DNA of 64,000 bases from Lachnospiraceae bacterium (GCA_963605745.1 CAVCWT010000012.1:608-64607), one strand, 5' to 3'. Shown: positions 31,428 through 40,614, counted from the first letter of the stretch. Program-made: numbers and translations. The notes: a model not told the origin generated them from the letters alone.

Positions 31428-33113
31428 TTATTCCTTATGCCCGTCTGTTTCAGACTCTGTCTGCGTATCCTTCCCTGCCTTTTTGCTGCCTTTTCGTTTG
31501 CCGGCTTTTCGAATCAGTGCTGCCAGCAGGGCAACCATTCCTACTGCAGCAGCTGCTCCTCCTGCAAATACCAGAATGCCCGTCTTTGTGAAAAGCTCCC
31601 GATTAAAAGTCTGGAGCTCTGCGGTATCCGAAACCGTAATGGTTTCTGCCGCATCTTCCTGTCCGTCTTCATAAATCGAATACGTCCCCTCTTCCAAATC
31701 TGTGAATACTCTGGGCGAACCCGAGGTTGTCCAGGAAGCGACAATGGTTCCATCGCTCTTTTTTAATATGAGCTGCTTTCCTGCGATCTGCCGGTGAAGG
31801 ATGCTGTCCAGGACCCCGATCTGTACTCGCAGCATACGATTCGTCAGCTTCAGATCAGCAGTAGCCTTTCCCTCGATTCTTCCGTCTTCAGATACGGTTA
31901 CTGTGTGCTGCGCAGCGTCCGCCCGGTAGTTTTCCGGTGCAAAAATCTGCCGGATCTCATACGAGGCTCCTTTTTCCAGATCGGTCAGAACAATTCTTCC
32001 GGTCTGATCCGTTGCAGCCTGCCGCACATCGCCGGACTCCGGATTCGTTATTTCGAATTCTGCTCCCTCGATGGCCTGCCCGGTCAGCTCATCCGCAAGA
32101 GAGAGCTCCACCTTGGTTTTGTCTGCCTTGGCTTCTACAACTGCAGATTCCGATACCGTTTCAGTTTCGGTCTTTTGGGAAACCGTGGCACTTAGAGTCT
32201 CCGTGATGGATGCATAGTACTCCGGAACCGTATTTTGTTTCAGCGTATAGCTGCCCAGGTACAGCTCCTTGCTCTCTCCGTAGCCATCTTCATCCAGCGT
32301 GATGGTATCCACCGTTTGTCCCTTTGTATAACGCACGGTTCCATCCGTTGTTGTGATATCCTGTGCTGCGATGACATCAAAGGTCGCACCGCTAACGGCC
32401 GTTCCTTCCTCTTTGTCTGTCATCTGAACCCGGATGATATTGCGGGAAGGATACAGCGGCACCTGCACAACAAGAGGTTCCGGCCAGTCATACAGCCGGT
32501 CCACAGTGAACTCCACACTGCCTGCACTGTCGTACCCTTCCGGAACAGTCAGCTCCAGCAGGCTGTACTGCCCTTCAAAAATCTTCTCCGGAAGATAAAA
32601 AACACCTTCCTTCGTGGTTTCAAATTGCTGATATGAGGTCTTAACCGGGTAATACGTGTTCAGGGTTTCCAGCTCTGCGTCCTGCCCGTACAGTTCAAAG
32701 GACACCCCCTCCTTTCGGATGATCTTCAGGGTTTCAGCATCCACCAATTCCACGTAGACAGCCGATTTGATTCCTTCGTCCGTTCCGGGCTGAATTCCAA
32801 TGCCATTCCCACTTCCGCCTCCGTAAGAGGCAGGCTCATTGCTCCCGTTTCCGGAACCATCATCATAGGAATCCCCTCTCTGATCCCAGGTATTCCCCTC
32901 TGCGGATTCCTCCGTAGTCCCGTATCCGTCATAATCCTCTGTGTCCGCCATCGTCCCGTTGGTCAAGTCACCCTCGATGGATTCCGGCGTGTACATCAGA
33001 TACAACAGCAGCAGAATAATGATCAGGATCAGAATTAAAACCAGGCCCGTCATCAGATCAAAGGAGGGCTGCCAGAAATTAAGTTCTCTTCTGTCGTTTT
33101 TTCGCTTCTTCAT
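31428..33113 (-). CDS. MotB/ZorB-like N-terminal TM fused to four SpaA/CnaB pilin-like domains, with a C-terminal TM anchor
   Basis: NFWQPSFDLMTGLVLILILII. E-box-like motifs YSLLELTVPEGY, YTLKQNTVPEYY, YEIRQIFAPENY; GATF/GAEF and TDQTG strands. Ends FTKTG + hydrophobic helix + basic tail. Confidence 0.8.
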   Translation of the reverse strand: MKKRKNDRRELNFWQPSFDLMTGLVLILILIIILLLLYLMYTPESIEGDLTNGTMADTEDYDGYGTTEESAEGNTWDQRGDSYDDGSGNGSNEPASYGGGSGNGIGIQPGTDEGIKSAVYVELVDAETLKIIRKEGVSFELYGQDAELETLNTYYPVKTSYQQFETTKEGVFYLPEKIFEGQYSLLELTVPEGYDSAGSVEFTVDRLYDWPEPLVVQVPLYPSRNIIRVQMTDKEEGTAVSGATFDVIAAQDITTTDGTVRYTKGQTVDTITLDEDGYGESKELYLGSYTLKQNTVPEYYASITETLSATVSQKTETETVSESAVVEAKADKTKVELSLADELTGQAIEGAEFEITNPESGDVRQAATDQTGRIVLTDLEKGASYEIRQIFAPENYRADAAQHTVTVSEDGRIEGKATADLKLTNRMLRVQIGVLDSILHRQIAGKQLILKKSDGTIVASWTTSGSPRVFTDLEEGTYSIYEDGQEDAAETITVSDTAELQTFNRELFTKTGILVFAGGAAAAVGMVALLAALIRKAGKRKGSKKAGKDTQTESETDGHKE

Positions 33114-34684
33114 CCCTTCTGACCTTCACGAATGATATTCTCATACTCCTTCAGAGAAATGGGTTTTGAAAAATAATATCCCTGCCCGGCAGTACACCCA
33201 CTGCGCTTTAACTGCCCCAGTTGGTCCATGTTCTCAATTCCCTCTGCTGATACCTGAAAATTCAGCGTCCTTGCCTTTTCCAGTATGGCCGGAATCGACA
33301 GTCCATTCGGATCCTGATTCACATAACGAAGATCCAGCTTCAGGCTATCTGCTGCAATATGTCCGATGGAATCCAGTGCCACAAAATCACCGGAAAAACC
33401 ATCCACAACCACCTTGAATCCGCTCTGCATCAGCCTTGATTCCACATCAAATACTGCGCCATGTGTCTGCAGGTAGGCATTCTCTGCCAGCTCGATCACA
33501 AGATACTGCGGAGGAATCCGATATTTGGCCAGCATCTCGGAAAAGAATTCCGCAACATCCATGGCCAGAAGATCCGTTTTGGTAACATTAACAGAAATCG
33601 GCAGCGGCCGAATTCCCGCATTGACCCAGTCGCGTATTTTCCGGCACACCTGTTCCCAGATATACTGGTCCAGCTTGGTAATGTAGCCGTTGCTCTCCAG
33701 AACAGGCAGAAAGACCGCCGGCGAGATCATTCCCAATGTCGGATGCTGCCAGCGAACGAGTGCCTCTGCTCCTATGACTTTGCCGGTATTCAGATCATAC
33801 TGAGGCTGCACATAGAACACAAAGTTTCCGTTCTTCATTCCTTCCAGAATCTGCGGCATCAGAATCTGTTCGTTCATGGCAGACGGCGCCGCCCCCTGCA
33901 GTCCTGCAGACGCATTCGTCACAGAATACCCGGATGCTTTCGGCAGTCTCTTCAACAGCTCAATAACCTTGGCTGTTTCCTTGCGGCTGCGGTAACGATT
34001 CTGCTCCTCCACCGTCGGAATAACATTCTTATGAAACAGCTCCGTAAAAACACCGAGCTCCCGGCACATCATATTCCATGCAATCTGATAAATCAGATTG
34101 AACGCAATGGACAGGATTACACCCGCAATAGAGGTGTAAAATGCCGTTTCAATTCCGGAGAGCAGCGTCCGAACGCTGGAAAGGACCAGATCCACCGAGC
34201 CGAATCCCAGATTTCCAAGGCCCATGATCAGTCCCACGAAGGTTCCGAGAATGCCAAGGCCTGTCAAGGTCCCTGGAATCTGGCTGATCACCCCCTGCCA
34301 GCTCTCAAGGATCAGAACATCTTCATTGATGTATTCCTCAACATCACTCAAGATCTGCCCGGCGGACTGCTGCATGCGCACCTTCTCTCTGTACGCAAGA
34401 AAAAACCGGTTCAAACCCTTCTGGCGGAACAGATTCTCGTTTTCGGAAAGTGCGGACCATGCAGAATCTGCGTTCACCTCAATGGCATGCCGCACGTTTT
34501 TTTCGCCGCATCGGAAGCCCTTAAAATAGGACATCACCGGCAGGATGCCGCAAAATGTACCGGCAACAACAAAGAGCAGCATGACTCCCACACAGCAAAG
34601 AGACAGAAAATCCGGAGAATAAGCACACAAAAATCCTCCTGCCGCCAGCATCAGTATTGTTGCGAGATAGATCAGATTCTTCAC
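33110..34684 (-). CDS. MotA/TolQ/ExbB (ZorA-like) channel domain fused to an EAL domain
   Basis: IPGTLTGLGILGTFVGL...LLSGIETAFYTSIAG channel motifs; C-terminal QPQY, GAEALVRW, ISVN, LKLD, AEGIE, QGYYFSKP. GTG start with AAGGAG SD; ATGA overlap with the MotB-like gene. Confidence 0.85.
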   Translation of the reverse strand: MKNLIYLATILMLAAGGFLCAYSPDFLSLCCVGVMLLFVVAGTFCGILPVMSYFKGFRCGEKNVRHAIEVNADSAWSALSENENLFRQKGLNRFFLAYREKVRMQQSAGQILSDVEEYINEDVLILESWQGVISQIPGTLTGLGILGTFVGLIMGLGNLGFGSVDLVLSSVRTLLSGIETAFYTSIAGVILSIAFNLIYQIAWNMMCRELGVFTELFHKNVIPTVEEQNRYRSRKETAKVIELLKRLPKASGYSVTNASAGLQGAAPSAMNEQILMPQILEGMKNGNFVFYVQPQYDLNTGKVIGAEALVRWQHPTLGMISPAVFLPVLESNGYITKLDQYIWEQVCRKIRDWVNAGIRPLPISVNVTKTDLLAMDVAEFFSEMLAKYRIPPQYLVIELAENAYLQTHGAVFDVESRLMQSGFKVVVDGFSGDFVALDSIGHIAADSLKLDLRYVNQDPNGLSIPAILEKARTLNFQVSAEGIENMDQLGQLKRSGCTAGQGYYFSKPISLKEYENIIREGQKG

Positions 34685-34715
34685 AGCTTTGTGTTCTCCT
34701 TACCGTTTCCATTTG

Positions 34716-35121
34716 CTGTTTAGCCTTGGCCACATGAGGGTTTCAATCATGAATCCGTCCGCGGGGCGGCCGATTCATGTTGAAACCCACATAACACATA
34801 TCAAAAATGTAACTGTTTAGCACCCACATCTCTCATTTGCGTTGCAAATGAGAGATGTGGGTGGCCAGAGGCCCTTCGGGCCTTGGCCACATGAGGGTTT
34901 CAATCATGAATCCGTCCGCGGGGCGGCCGATTCATGTTGAAACCCACATAACACATATCAAAAATGTAACTGTTTAGCACCCACATCTCTCATTTGCGTT
35001 GCAAATGAGAGATGTGGGTGGCCAGAGGCCCTTCGGGCCTTGGCCACATGAGGGTTTCAATCATGAATCCGTCCGCGGGGCGGCCGATTCATGTTGAAAC
35101 CCACATGTGCTAACCAGATAC
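34716..35121 (+). repeat. tandem array (period 157 bp, ~2.5 identical units) of the three-hairpin TIR element
   Basis: gccttggccacatgaggg recurs at 34723, 34880 and 35037. Left TIR gtaactgtttagcac at 34809 and 34966; right TIR gtgctaaccagatac at 35107-35121. Confidence 0.92.
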
Positions 35122-36309
35122 AAAAAATCGCTCATAGCCGTCCAGCAAAGCCTTGCTGGTGTGTTCCCAGGACAGCTCGTTCATAATCCGCTGCCTGCCG
35201 TACTCTCCCATGGTTTTGCGTTTGTCCGGATCCCGGAGCAGGCTTTCAATCTTTTCTGCCATGTCCGCCGCATTATTATTTTCTGCATACAGCGACGCCT
35301 CACCGGCAGAATATTTGCCCTCTGTCAGATCAAACTGCACAATCGGTTTGCCAAGGGCCATGTATTCCAGGACCTTGTTCATCGTGCTCTTGTCATTCAT
35401 GGCATTGTACCGGTCACTGTTCACACAGACATCTGCCGTGTTCAGATACCGGAGCATTACATCATCCGGTGCTCTTCCCGTGAATTCCACGCAGTCATCC
35501 AGCTGCATCTCGTGAGCCTTTTTCTGCAGAGCTTCCAGATGCGGACCACCTCCGACAATTCCCCAGAATACATTGTTCTCCCGCTGTTTGATGTATGCTG
35601 CAGCTTCCAGAATGAAATCCACACCCTCCTGCTGGCCGATGACACCCAGATACCCCACCATGTAGGGATATCCTCTTCGGATAGAGGGATCCGGCGGCAG
35701 AATTCTCATGCGCTCCAGTCTCGGTCCGCTCCGCAGAACGATCACTTTCTCCGGATCCATCCCGCCCCGTTCAATGGCAATCTTTCGATAGCTCTCATTC
35801 GTAACAAATGCAAAGCTGCAGTGCCGGTAGGTCTGCCGTTCCAGCCACTTCAGTCCGGCGTACAGCACACCGCTTTCCTTGCCGAACTTGGCACCAAAGA
35901 GTTCCGGACAAATATCGTGATGATCGAATACATAGGAAACCCCGCGGCTTTTGAATCTTTTGGCAACCAGATAGATATCATCCGGCGGATTGCACCCCTG
36001 GATCACCTCGAACCCGATCTTCCGGTAGACGAGCTCCGCAAGTCGGATCTCTTCTTTGAGTGCGGTGCTGTATTCACGCAGATATCCGATGAATCCGTTT
36101 CCCTCCTTTGGCATGTCATGACGGAAAATATGAACCCCCTCCAGGGTTTCTTCCTCCGCCTCATACCCTTTTCCTTTCGGACAAATCACGGAAACGGTAT
36201 AGCCATTTTGAACCAGTGTTGTCGCTTCCTGCCACACCCTCGTATCAAACGGCACCGGAAGGTTCTCTACAATAATCAGTATGCTGTGTTTTTTTGTTGC
36301 ATCTTCCAC
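35110..36309 (-). CDS. glycosyltransferase family 4 (WbuB-like)
   Basis: IIVENLPVPFDTRVWQEA, FDHHDICPE and STMNKVLEYMALGKP motifs; GTG start at 36309 just after the asnB-like stop. Confidence 0.88.
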   Translation of the reverse strand: MEDATKKHSILIIVENLPVPFDTRVWQEATTLVQNGYTVSVICPKGKGYEAEEETLEGVHIFRHDMPKEGNGFIGYLREYSTALKEEIRLAELVYRKIGFEVIQGCNPPDDIYLVAKRFKSRGVSYVFDHHDICPELFGAKFGKESGVLYAGLKWLERQTYRHCSFAFVTNESYRKIAIERGGMDPEKVIVLRSGPRLERMRILPPDPSIRRGYPYMVGYLGVIGQQEGVDFILEAAAYIKQRENNVFWGIVGGGPHLEALQKKAHEMQLDDCVEFTGRAPDDVMLRYLNTADVCVNSDRYNAMNDKSTMNKVLEYMALGKPIVQFDLTEGKYSAGEASLYAENNNAADMAEKIESLLRDPDKRKTMGEYGRQRIMNELSWEHTSKALLDGYERFFVSG

Positions 36310-36311
36310 GT

Positions 36312-38147
36312 TCAGCTCCCCATCTGAAAAATTCTCATCCACTTTTCCAGGCAGATGTATCGGAAGATTCCGATACTGTCTTTTCCGGCTGTCAGCCTCT
36401 CCCAGTCCTCCAGAACCTTCCTGCGATTGATATAACGTCCTGCGCGGAAATCCTCTTCCTGTTCGAATAGTTTTCGGAATTCGCTGCTGTTCTGACGGAT
36501 CCACTCATTCTCCGGCGTGTAAAAGCCGATCTTGTCCTTTCTCTTTTTGATCAGCTCCGGAAGATCCAGCGATGTTCTCATAATATATTTAGACCATCCG
36601 TTTCGGATCTTTGCTCCCATCGGAAGAGAAAGGCAGAAATTCACAAAACGATAATCCAGAAACGGCAGGCGATCCTCAATGGAAAACGCCATGGAGTTCC
36701 GATCGACATAACGCAGCAGAGCAGGCAGCGATATCTTTTCAAAATCATTGATCAGAAAACGTTCATTATTCTGATAGCTGTTCCGAAGCTCCATTTTCTG
36801 AAGCGAATCCGAGAGATATTTCCTTCGGATATCCTCGCCGCTCTTTTTCTTTTTGCCCAGAAACTGTCGAAGAGCAGATAAATCTGCCGCCAGCGAGGAA
36901 TTCCTCTTTCCCATGTAAGGAAGATACAAAAAGGCTTCCCAAAGGGCATGGACAAAGTGGTGCTCCTTTGCCAGCTTCCGAATGTAATAGACCCTGGCCT
37001 TTCGGTATCCGCACAGCAGTTCATCGGCCCCCTGCCCGTCCAGGAGTACCTTGGTATGATTCTTTTTAGCAAGTCTCATGACGCAGTAAGAGGCGTACAT
37101 GCTGGTGGAAAGAAACGGTTCATCCTGTGTGTAGATCAGATGATCCAGATCCTCTGCAAGGTCTCCCCACGTTGGCATCACCGCATGCTGCTCCACTCCC
37201 GTAGTCTTTACGACTTCATTAATATAGCGGCTCTCATCCTCCGGACGCCCGGGATAGCAGGCTGAGAACACTTTCTGTTCATTTTTCTGTGTCTTTTCAC
37301 GCAGGAGCCTGCTGCTGGCACACACAATGGCAGAGGAATCCAGGCCTCCTGACAGGCAGCTTCCCACCGGTACATCAGCTCTTAGCCTTAACGAAACCGA
37401 GTCCTCGAACAGCTTTCGGAACTCCCGTTCCATCTCTGGAGTCACCTTTCCGTCCAGGCTCTCTTTGTAGGTGATGGAATCATACCGCTCTTTTCGAACA
37501 CTTCCATCCCTGGAAAACTCCATCCAATGTCCCGCCGGAACATGAAAGACATCCTGCACAAAGGTCTCTTCCTCGCAGTCAACGAACCCGTTTACCAGAT
37601 AATCCAGTACGGCCTGGTCGCAGGTTATCCTTTTGATCTTCTCATCCTCCAGAAGCGCCTTCAATTCTGAGGCAAAAACCAGATATCCGGACTGCCTTGT
37701 ATAATACAGTGGCTTTACCCCATACCGGTCCCTGGATAACAGGATCTTTTCTTCCTTTCGGTCATACAGGGCAAAGGCCCAGAAGCCGTTAAACCTGCTC
37801 AATGCATCCTTCCCCCAATAGTCAAGAGAGGCCAGTGCCACCTCTGTATCAGTTCCTGTATGAAAGGAATATCCGCTTTTTTTCAGTTCTTCCCGCAGTT
37901 CAATGTAATTATAGATCTCTCCGTTAAAAACAAACGCGTATCGCTCTCTTAGAAACATCGGCTGGTGGCCCGCCGGCGACAAATCCAGAATGGAAAGCCT
38001 CACATGTCCCAGCGCCGCCGGACCTTCTGCGAATATTCCGTCATCATCCGGTCCCCGGTGATGCTGCGCTGCATTCATTTTCCGAATCAGCTGTTCTTTT
38101 TGCGAGCGAGTTGTTTTCCCATCCATCAATCCGCAGATTCCGCACAT
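36312..38147 (-). CDS. asnB: asparagine synthase (glutamine-hydrolysing)-type amidotransferase, likely sugar amidation
   Basis: MCGICG Ntn Cys, HRGPD, NGEIYN, LSGGLDSS, GQGADE and RLPFLD motifs. Confidence 0.9.
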   Translation of the reverse strand: MCGICGLMDGKTTRSQKEQLIRKMNAAQHHRGPDDDGIFAEGPAALGHVRLSILDLSPAGHQPMFLRERYAFVFNGEIYNYIELREELKKSGYSFHTGTDTEVALASLDYWGKDALSRFNGFWAFALYDRKEEKILLSRDRYGVKPLYYTRQSGYLVFASELKALLEDEKIKRITCDQAVLDYLVNGFVDCEEETFVQDVFHVPAGHWMEFSRDGSVRKERYDSITYKESLDGKVTPEMEREFRKLFEDSVSLRLRADVPVGSCLSGGLDSSAIVCASSRLLREKTQKNEQKVFSACYPGRPEDESRYINEVVKTTGVEQHAVMPTWGDLAEDLDHLIYTQDEPFLSTSMYASYCVMRLAKKNHTKVLLDGQGADELLCGYRKARVYYIRKLAKEHHFVHALWEAFLYLPYMGKRNSSLAADLSALRQFLGKKKKSGEDIRRKYLSDSLQKMELRNSYQNNERFLINDFEKISLPALLRYVDRNSMAFSIEDRLPFLDYRFVNFCLSLPMGAKIRNGWSKYIMRTSLDLPELIKKRKDKIGFYTPENEWIRQNSSEFRKLFEQEEDFRAGRYINRRKVLEDWERLTAGKDSIGIFRYICLEKWMRIFQMGS

Positions 38148-38236
38148 AGTCTACCTTCCATCCAAGAGTGCCCGGGGCTAAACGTCCGCACAAGGGAAAA
38201 TCTCCGCAGGTTCAGACCTTTTGTTCCCGGCATCAT

Positions 38237-39610
38237 TCAATAATCTGTCATCGGCATATCACGTTCGACCGGCTCATTCTGCGCTTTATTGACGTTAATA
38301 TTACCCCAGCTGATTCCTTCATAGTTTCCGTCGTAATCCAACGTTTCATATTCCCGGACCAGATCAACAATCACCTTATGCGGATAGCGCTCCGGAAGAT
38401 CCAGATATTCCTTCCCGCTATTGGTGATCACCAGTACATCGCAGGCAGCGCAGACAGAATCCAGATCATCCGAAATGAGCTGATGAAGATGCGGGAGCTT
38501 AGCCTGGATAAAATCCGCATTCGTCCCGCTTTTCTGAGAAGCTGCTACGTTTTTATCGTAAATATGAAGTTCATATCCTTTTCCGATCAGCCACTCAGCC
38601 ACATCTACAATCGGACTGCACCTCAAATCATCCGTCCCGGCCTTAAAGCTGACGCCAAGGATCGCCACCTTGCGTTTTCCCTTGCTCTCGATGATTCGGA
38701 GTGCATTCTGTTTCTGCAGTTCATTGGAAGGCTGAATGGCGTTTATGACAGGAACTTCCACATAACAGTCATGCGCCAGAGTCCGCAGCGCTCTGGAATC
38801 CTTAGGGAGGCAGGATCCTCCATAGGCAAATCCAGGCTGAAAATAATACGGCGAAATATTCAGCTGCTGATCCTTGCAGAAAATATCCATTACCTTACGG
38901 CTGTCGATATTCAAGGCCTTGCAGATATTCCCGACTTCATTCCCGAATACAATTTTCAAGGCATGATAGGTGTTGTTGACATACTTCATGATTTCTGCGA
39001 CTTCAACATCCGTGGAAACAAACTCACCGGGAAGTTCTGCATACAGCTCCCGCATGATCTGTTCTGCCCGCTTGTCTTCAGTTCCAACCAACGTCATCGG
39101 AGGATTCATATAATCATAGACTGCAGTTCCCTCCCGAAGGAACTCCGGATTTGAAACAACGGCAAACGCCTCTCCCTTTTTCTTTCCGGACGTTTCCTCC
39201 AGAATTCTTCCTACCTCGCGATTGGTTCCCGGCAGCACGGTGGAACGAATGGCCACCACATGAAACTGCGTTTTCTCCCGAAGTGCCATTCCGATTTCAT
39301 GTGCAGCCGAATAAACGCCGTTCAAATTCAGATGCCCTTCCTTGGTGCTCGGCGTTCCTACCACAATAAATGTGATGTCTGAATTCAGGACGGCGGTTCT
39401 GGTATCCGTTGTTGCCGTAATTTTGCCTTCTTCATGACCTTTCCGAATCAGCTCATCGATCCCCTCTTCGATGATCGTCGGGCGTCCCTGATTCAGAAGG
39501 TTTACTTTATTTTCGGAAACGTCTACGCCAATGACCTCATGGCCCATCCCTGCACAGCACCCCGCACTGATGCAGCCGACATATCCTAGTCCGATTATAC
39601 TAATCCTCAT
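38237..39610 (-). CDS. nucleotide-sugar 6-dehydrogenase, GDP-mannose dehydrogenase (AlgD)-like
   Basis: GLGYVG, RSTVLPGT, NPEFLREG, PGFAYGGSCLPKD and SFKAGTDDLR motifs. Confidence 0.88.
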   Translation of the reverse strand: MRISIIGLGYVGCISAGCCAGMGHEVIGVDVSENKVNLLNQGRPTIIEEGIDELIRKGHEEGKITATTDTRTAVLNSDITFIVVGTPSTKEGHLNLNGVYSAAHEIGMALREKTQFHVVAIRSTVLPGTNREVGRILEETSGKKKGEAFAVVSNPEFLREGTAVYDYMNPPMTLVGTEDKRAEQIMRELYAELPGEFVSTDVEVAEIMKYVNNTYHALKIVFGNEVGNICKALNIDSRKVMDIFCKDQQLNISPYYFQPGFAYGGSCLPKDSRALRTLAHDCYVEVPVINAIQPSNELQKQNALRIIESKGKRKVAILGVSFKAGTDDLRCSPIVDVAEWLIGKGYELHIYDKNVAASQKSGTNADFIQAKLPHLHQLISDDLDSVCAACDVLVITNSGKEYLDLPERYPHKVIVDLVREYETLDYDGNYEGISWGNINVNKAQNEPVERDMPMTDY

Positions 39611-39751
39611 AATATTCTCCCAATTCTCCCCGAATCTGATTCCGAAACAGATATCACATCATTAAGAGCAATTTTACTCCTTACTGTTCTTTTTTACCAC
39701 TCTATGATCTGCAGCAAGATCACTTGTATTGGATTCTTCCCTTCTGCCCAT

Positions 39752-39800
39752 AAAACGCAAAACCCTGTTGTCACAGCTGCCAGCAGCCATAACAACAGGG
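39752..39800 (-). terminator. Rho-independent terminator of the 39862-40422 gene
   Basis: Minus strand ccctgttgt...acaacaggg followed by ttttgcgtttt. Confidence 0.65.
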
Positions 39801-39861
39801 ATAAGCCCACATGGATTGAAATGTTATTGATTGATTCTCACCTATGACTTTTCTAAAGCAA

Positions 39862-40422
39862 TTAGAACTTGATCATGAAGGTTCCCATATCCTCAACAGA
39901 GATGTTAACCTTGCCGTTTACTACAGTAACCTGAGTTGTGGTAACGGAACCATCCTGGTGGATCTGGAATACAGTAGCGGTCTGGCCGTCATACTTGTTG
40001 CCAACGCCTACGGAATACTTGAAGGTGCCAAAGCCGTTCCATACAGCCTTGCCAGCCTTGTACATGCGGAGCTTGTAAGGGCCAAAGGTCTTGCCGGTAG
40101 CAGAGGAAGCTGCTACATACTCCTCAAGAGCAACGGTAGCTGCATCCTTAGCGTCTGCCTTGTAGCTGGTAGCTACAGCCTTGCTGTCGGTTACAGAGCT
40201 GTAGTCAGACTGGAAACGAACGCCCTCAACGGCCTGATAGCCGCCGCTGGTTCTCGGGATAAAAGCGTTTACTGCTGCTGCAGGAGCTGCAGACTCAGTA
40301 GTGGTGGATGCCTTAACCTCGGTCTTGGAGGTGCTGGGGCTGTTTGCTGCAAATACAGAAGTTCCGAATACCATCGTGGCAGCCAGAACGCCTGCAACTG
40401 CTGCGGTCAATTTTTTCTTCAT
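39862..40422 (-). CDS. secreted protein of unknown function
   Basis: Sec signal MKKK...SVFA, Ser/Thr/Ala linker, beta-rich C-domain. GGGAG SD; codon bias resembles that of tig. Confidence 0.8.
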   Translation of the reverse strand: MKKKLTAAVAGVLAATMVFGTSVFAANSPSTSKTEVKASTTTESAAPAAAVNAFIPRTSGGYQAVEGVRFQSDYSSVTDSKAVATSYKADAKDAATVALEEYVAASSATGKTFGPYKLRMYKAGKAVWNGFGTFKYSVGVGNKYDGQTATVFQIHQDGSVTTTQVTVVNGKVNISVEDMGTFMIKF

Positions 40423-40614
40423 AATTAGTGATCTCCCTTCTCAATTACATGTGGTATATCTGCTCCCCTGCGGGTTTCGATATCAGAGTAGAATATAATA
40501 CTTTCCAATCACAATTTCAAGCTTTTATGATAATCTAATGATGTTGTCAGTTAATGTTATACGTTATACATTCTGCGCATTCTAAAGCACCTCTGAACGA
40601 TCCCATTTATCCGT

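Noticed and set aside
31428..34684. Canonical Zorya anti-phage system or flagellar motAB
   Set aside because: No zorC/D/E, no long ZorA helical tail, no OmpA-like domain in the B subunit and no flagellar genes; only the channel motifs are shared.
34716..35121. CRISPR array
   Set aside because: The 157-bp units are identical throughout, with no unique spacers, and there are no cas genes.
33461..36327. 420-aa and 406-aa plus-strand ORFs
   Set aside because: Antisense shadows of the MotA-EAL and GT4 genes.
36310..36504. Extended N-termini from the ORF track (GT4; similarly glgA, rny, cinA, permease, wzx)
   Set aside because: They overlap upstream genes or lack an SD; downstream starts with SD and family-typical N-termini were preferred.
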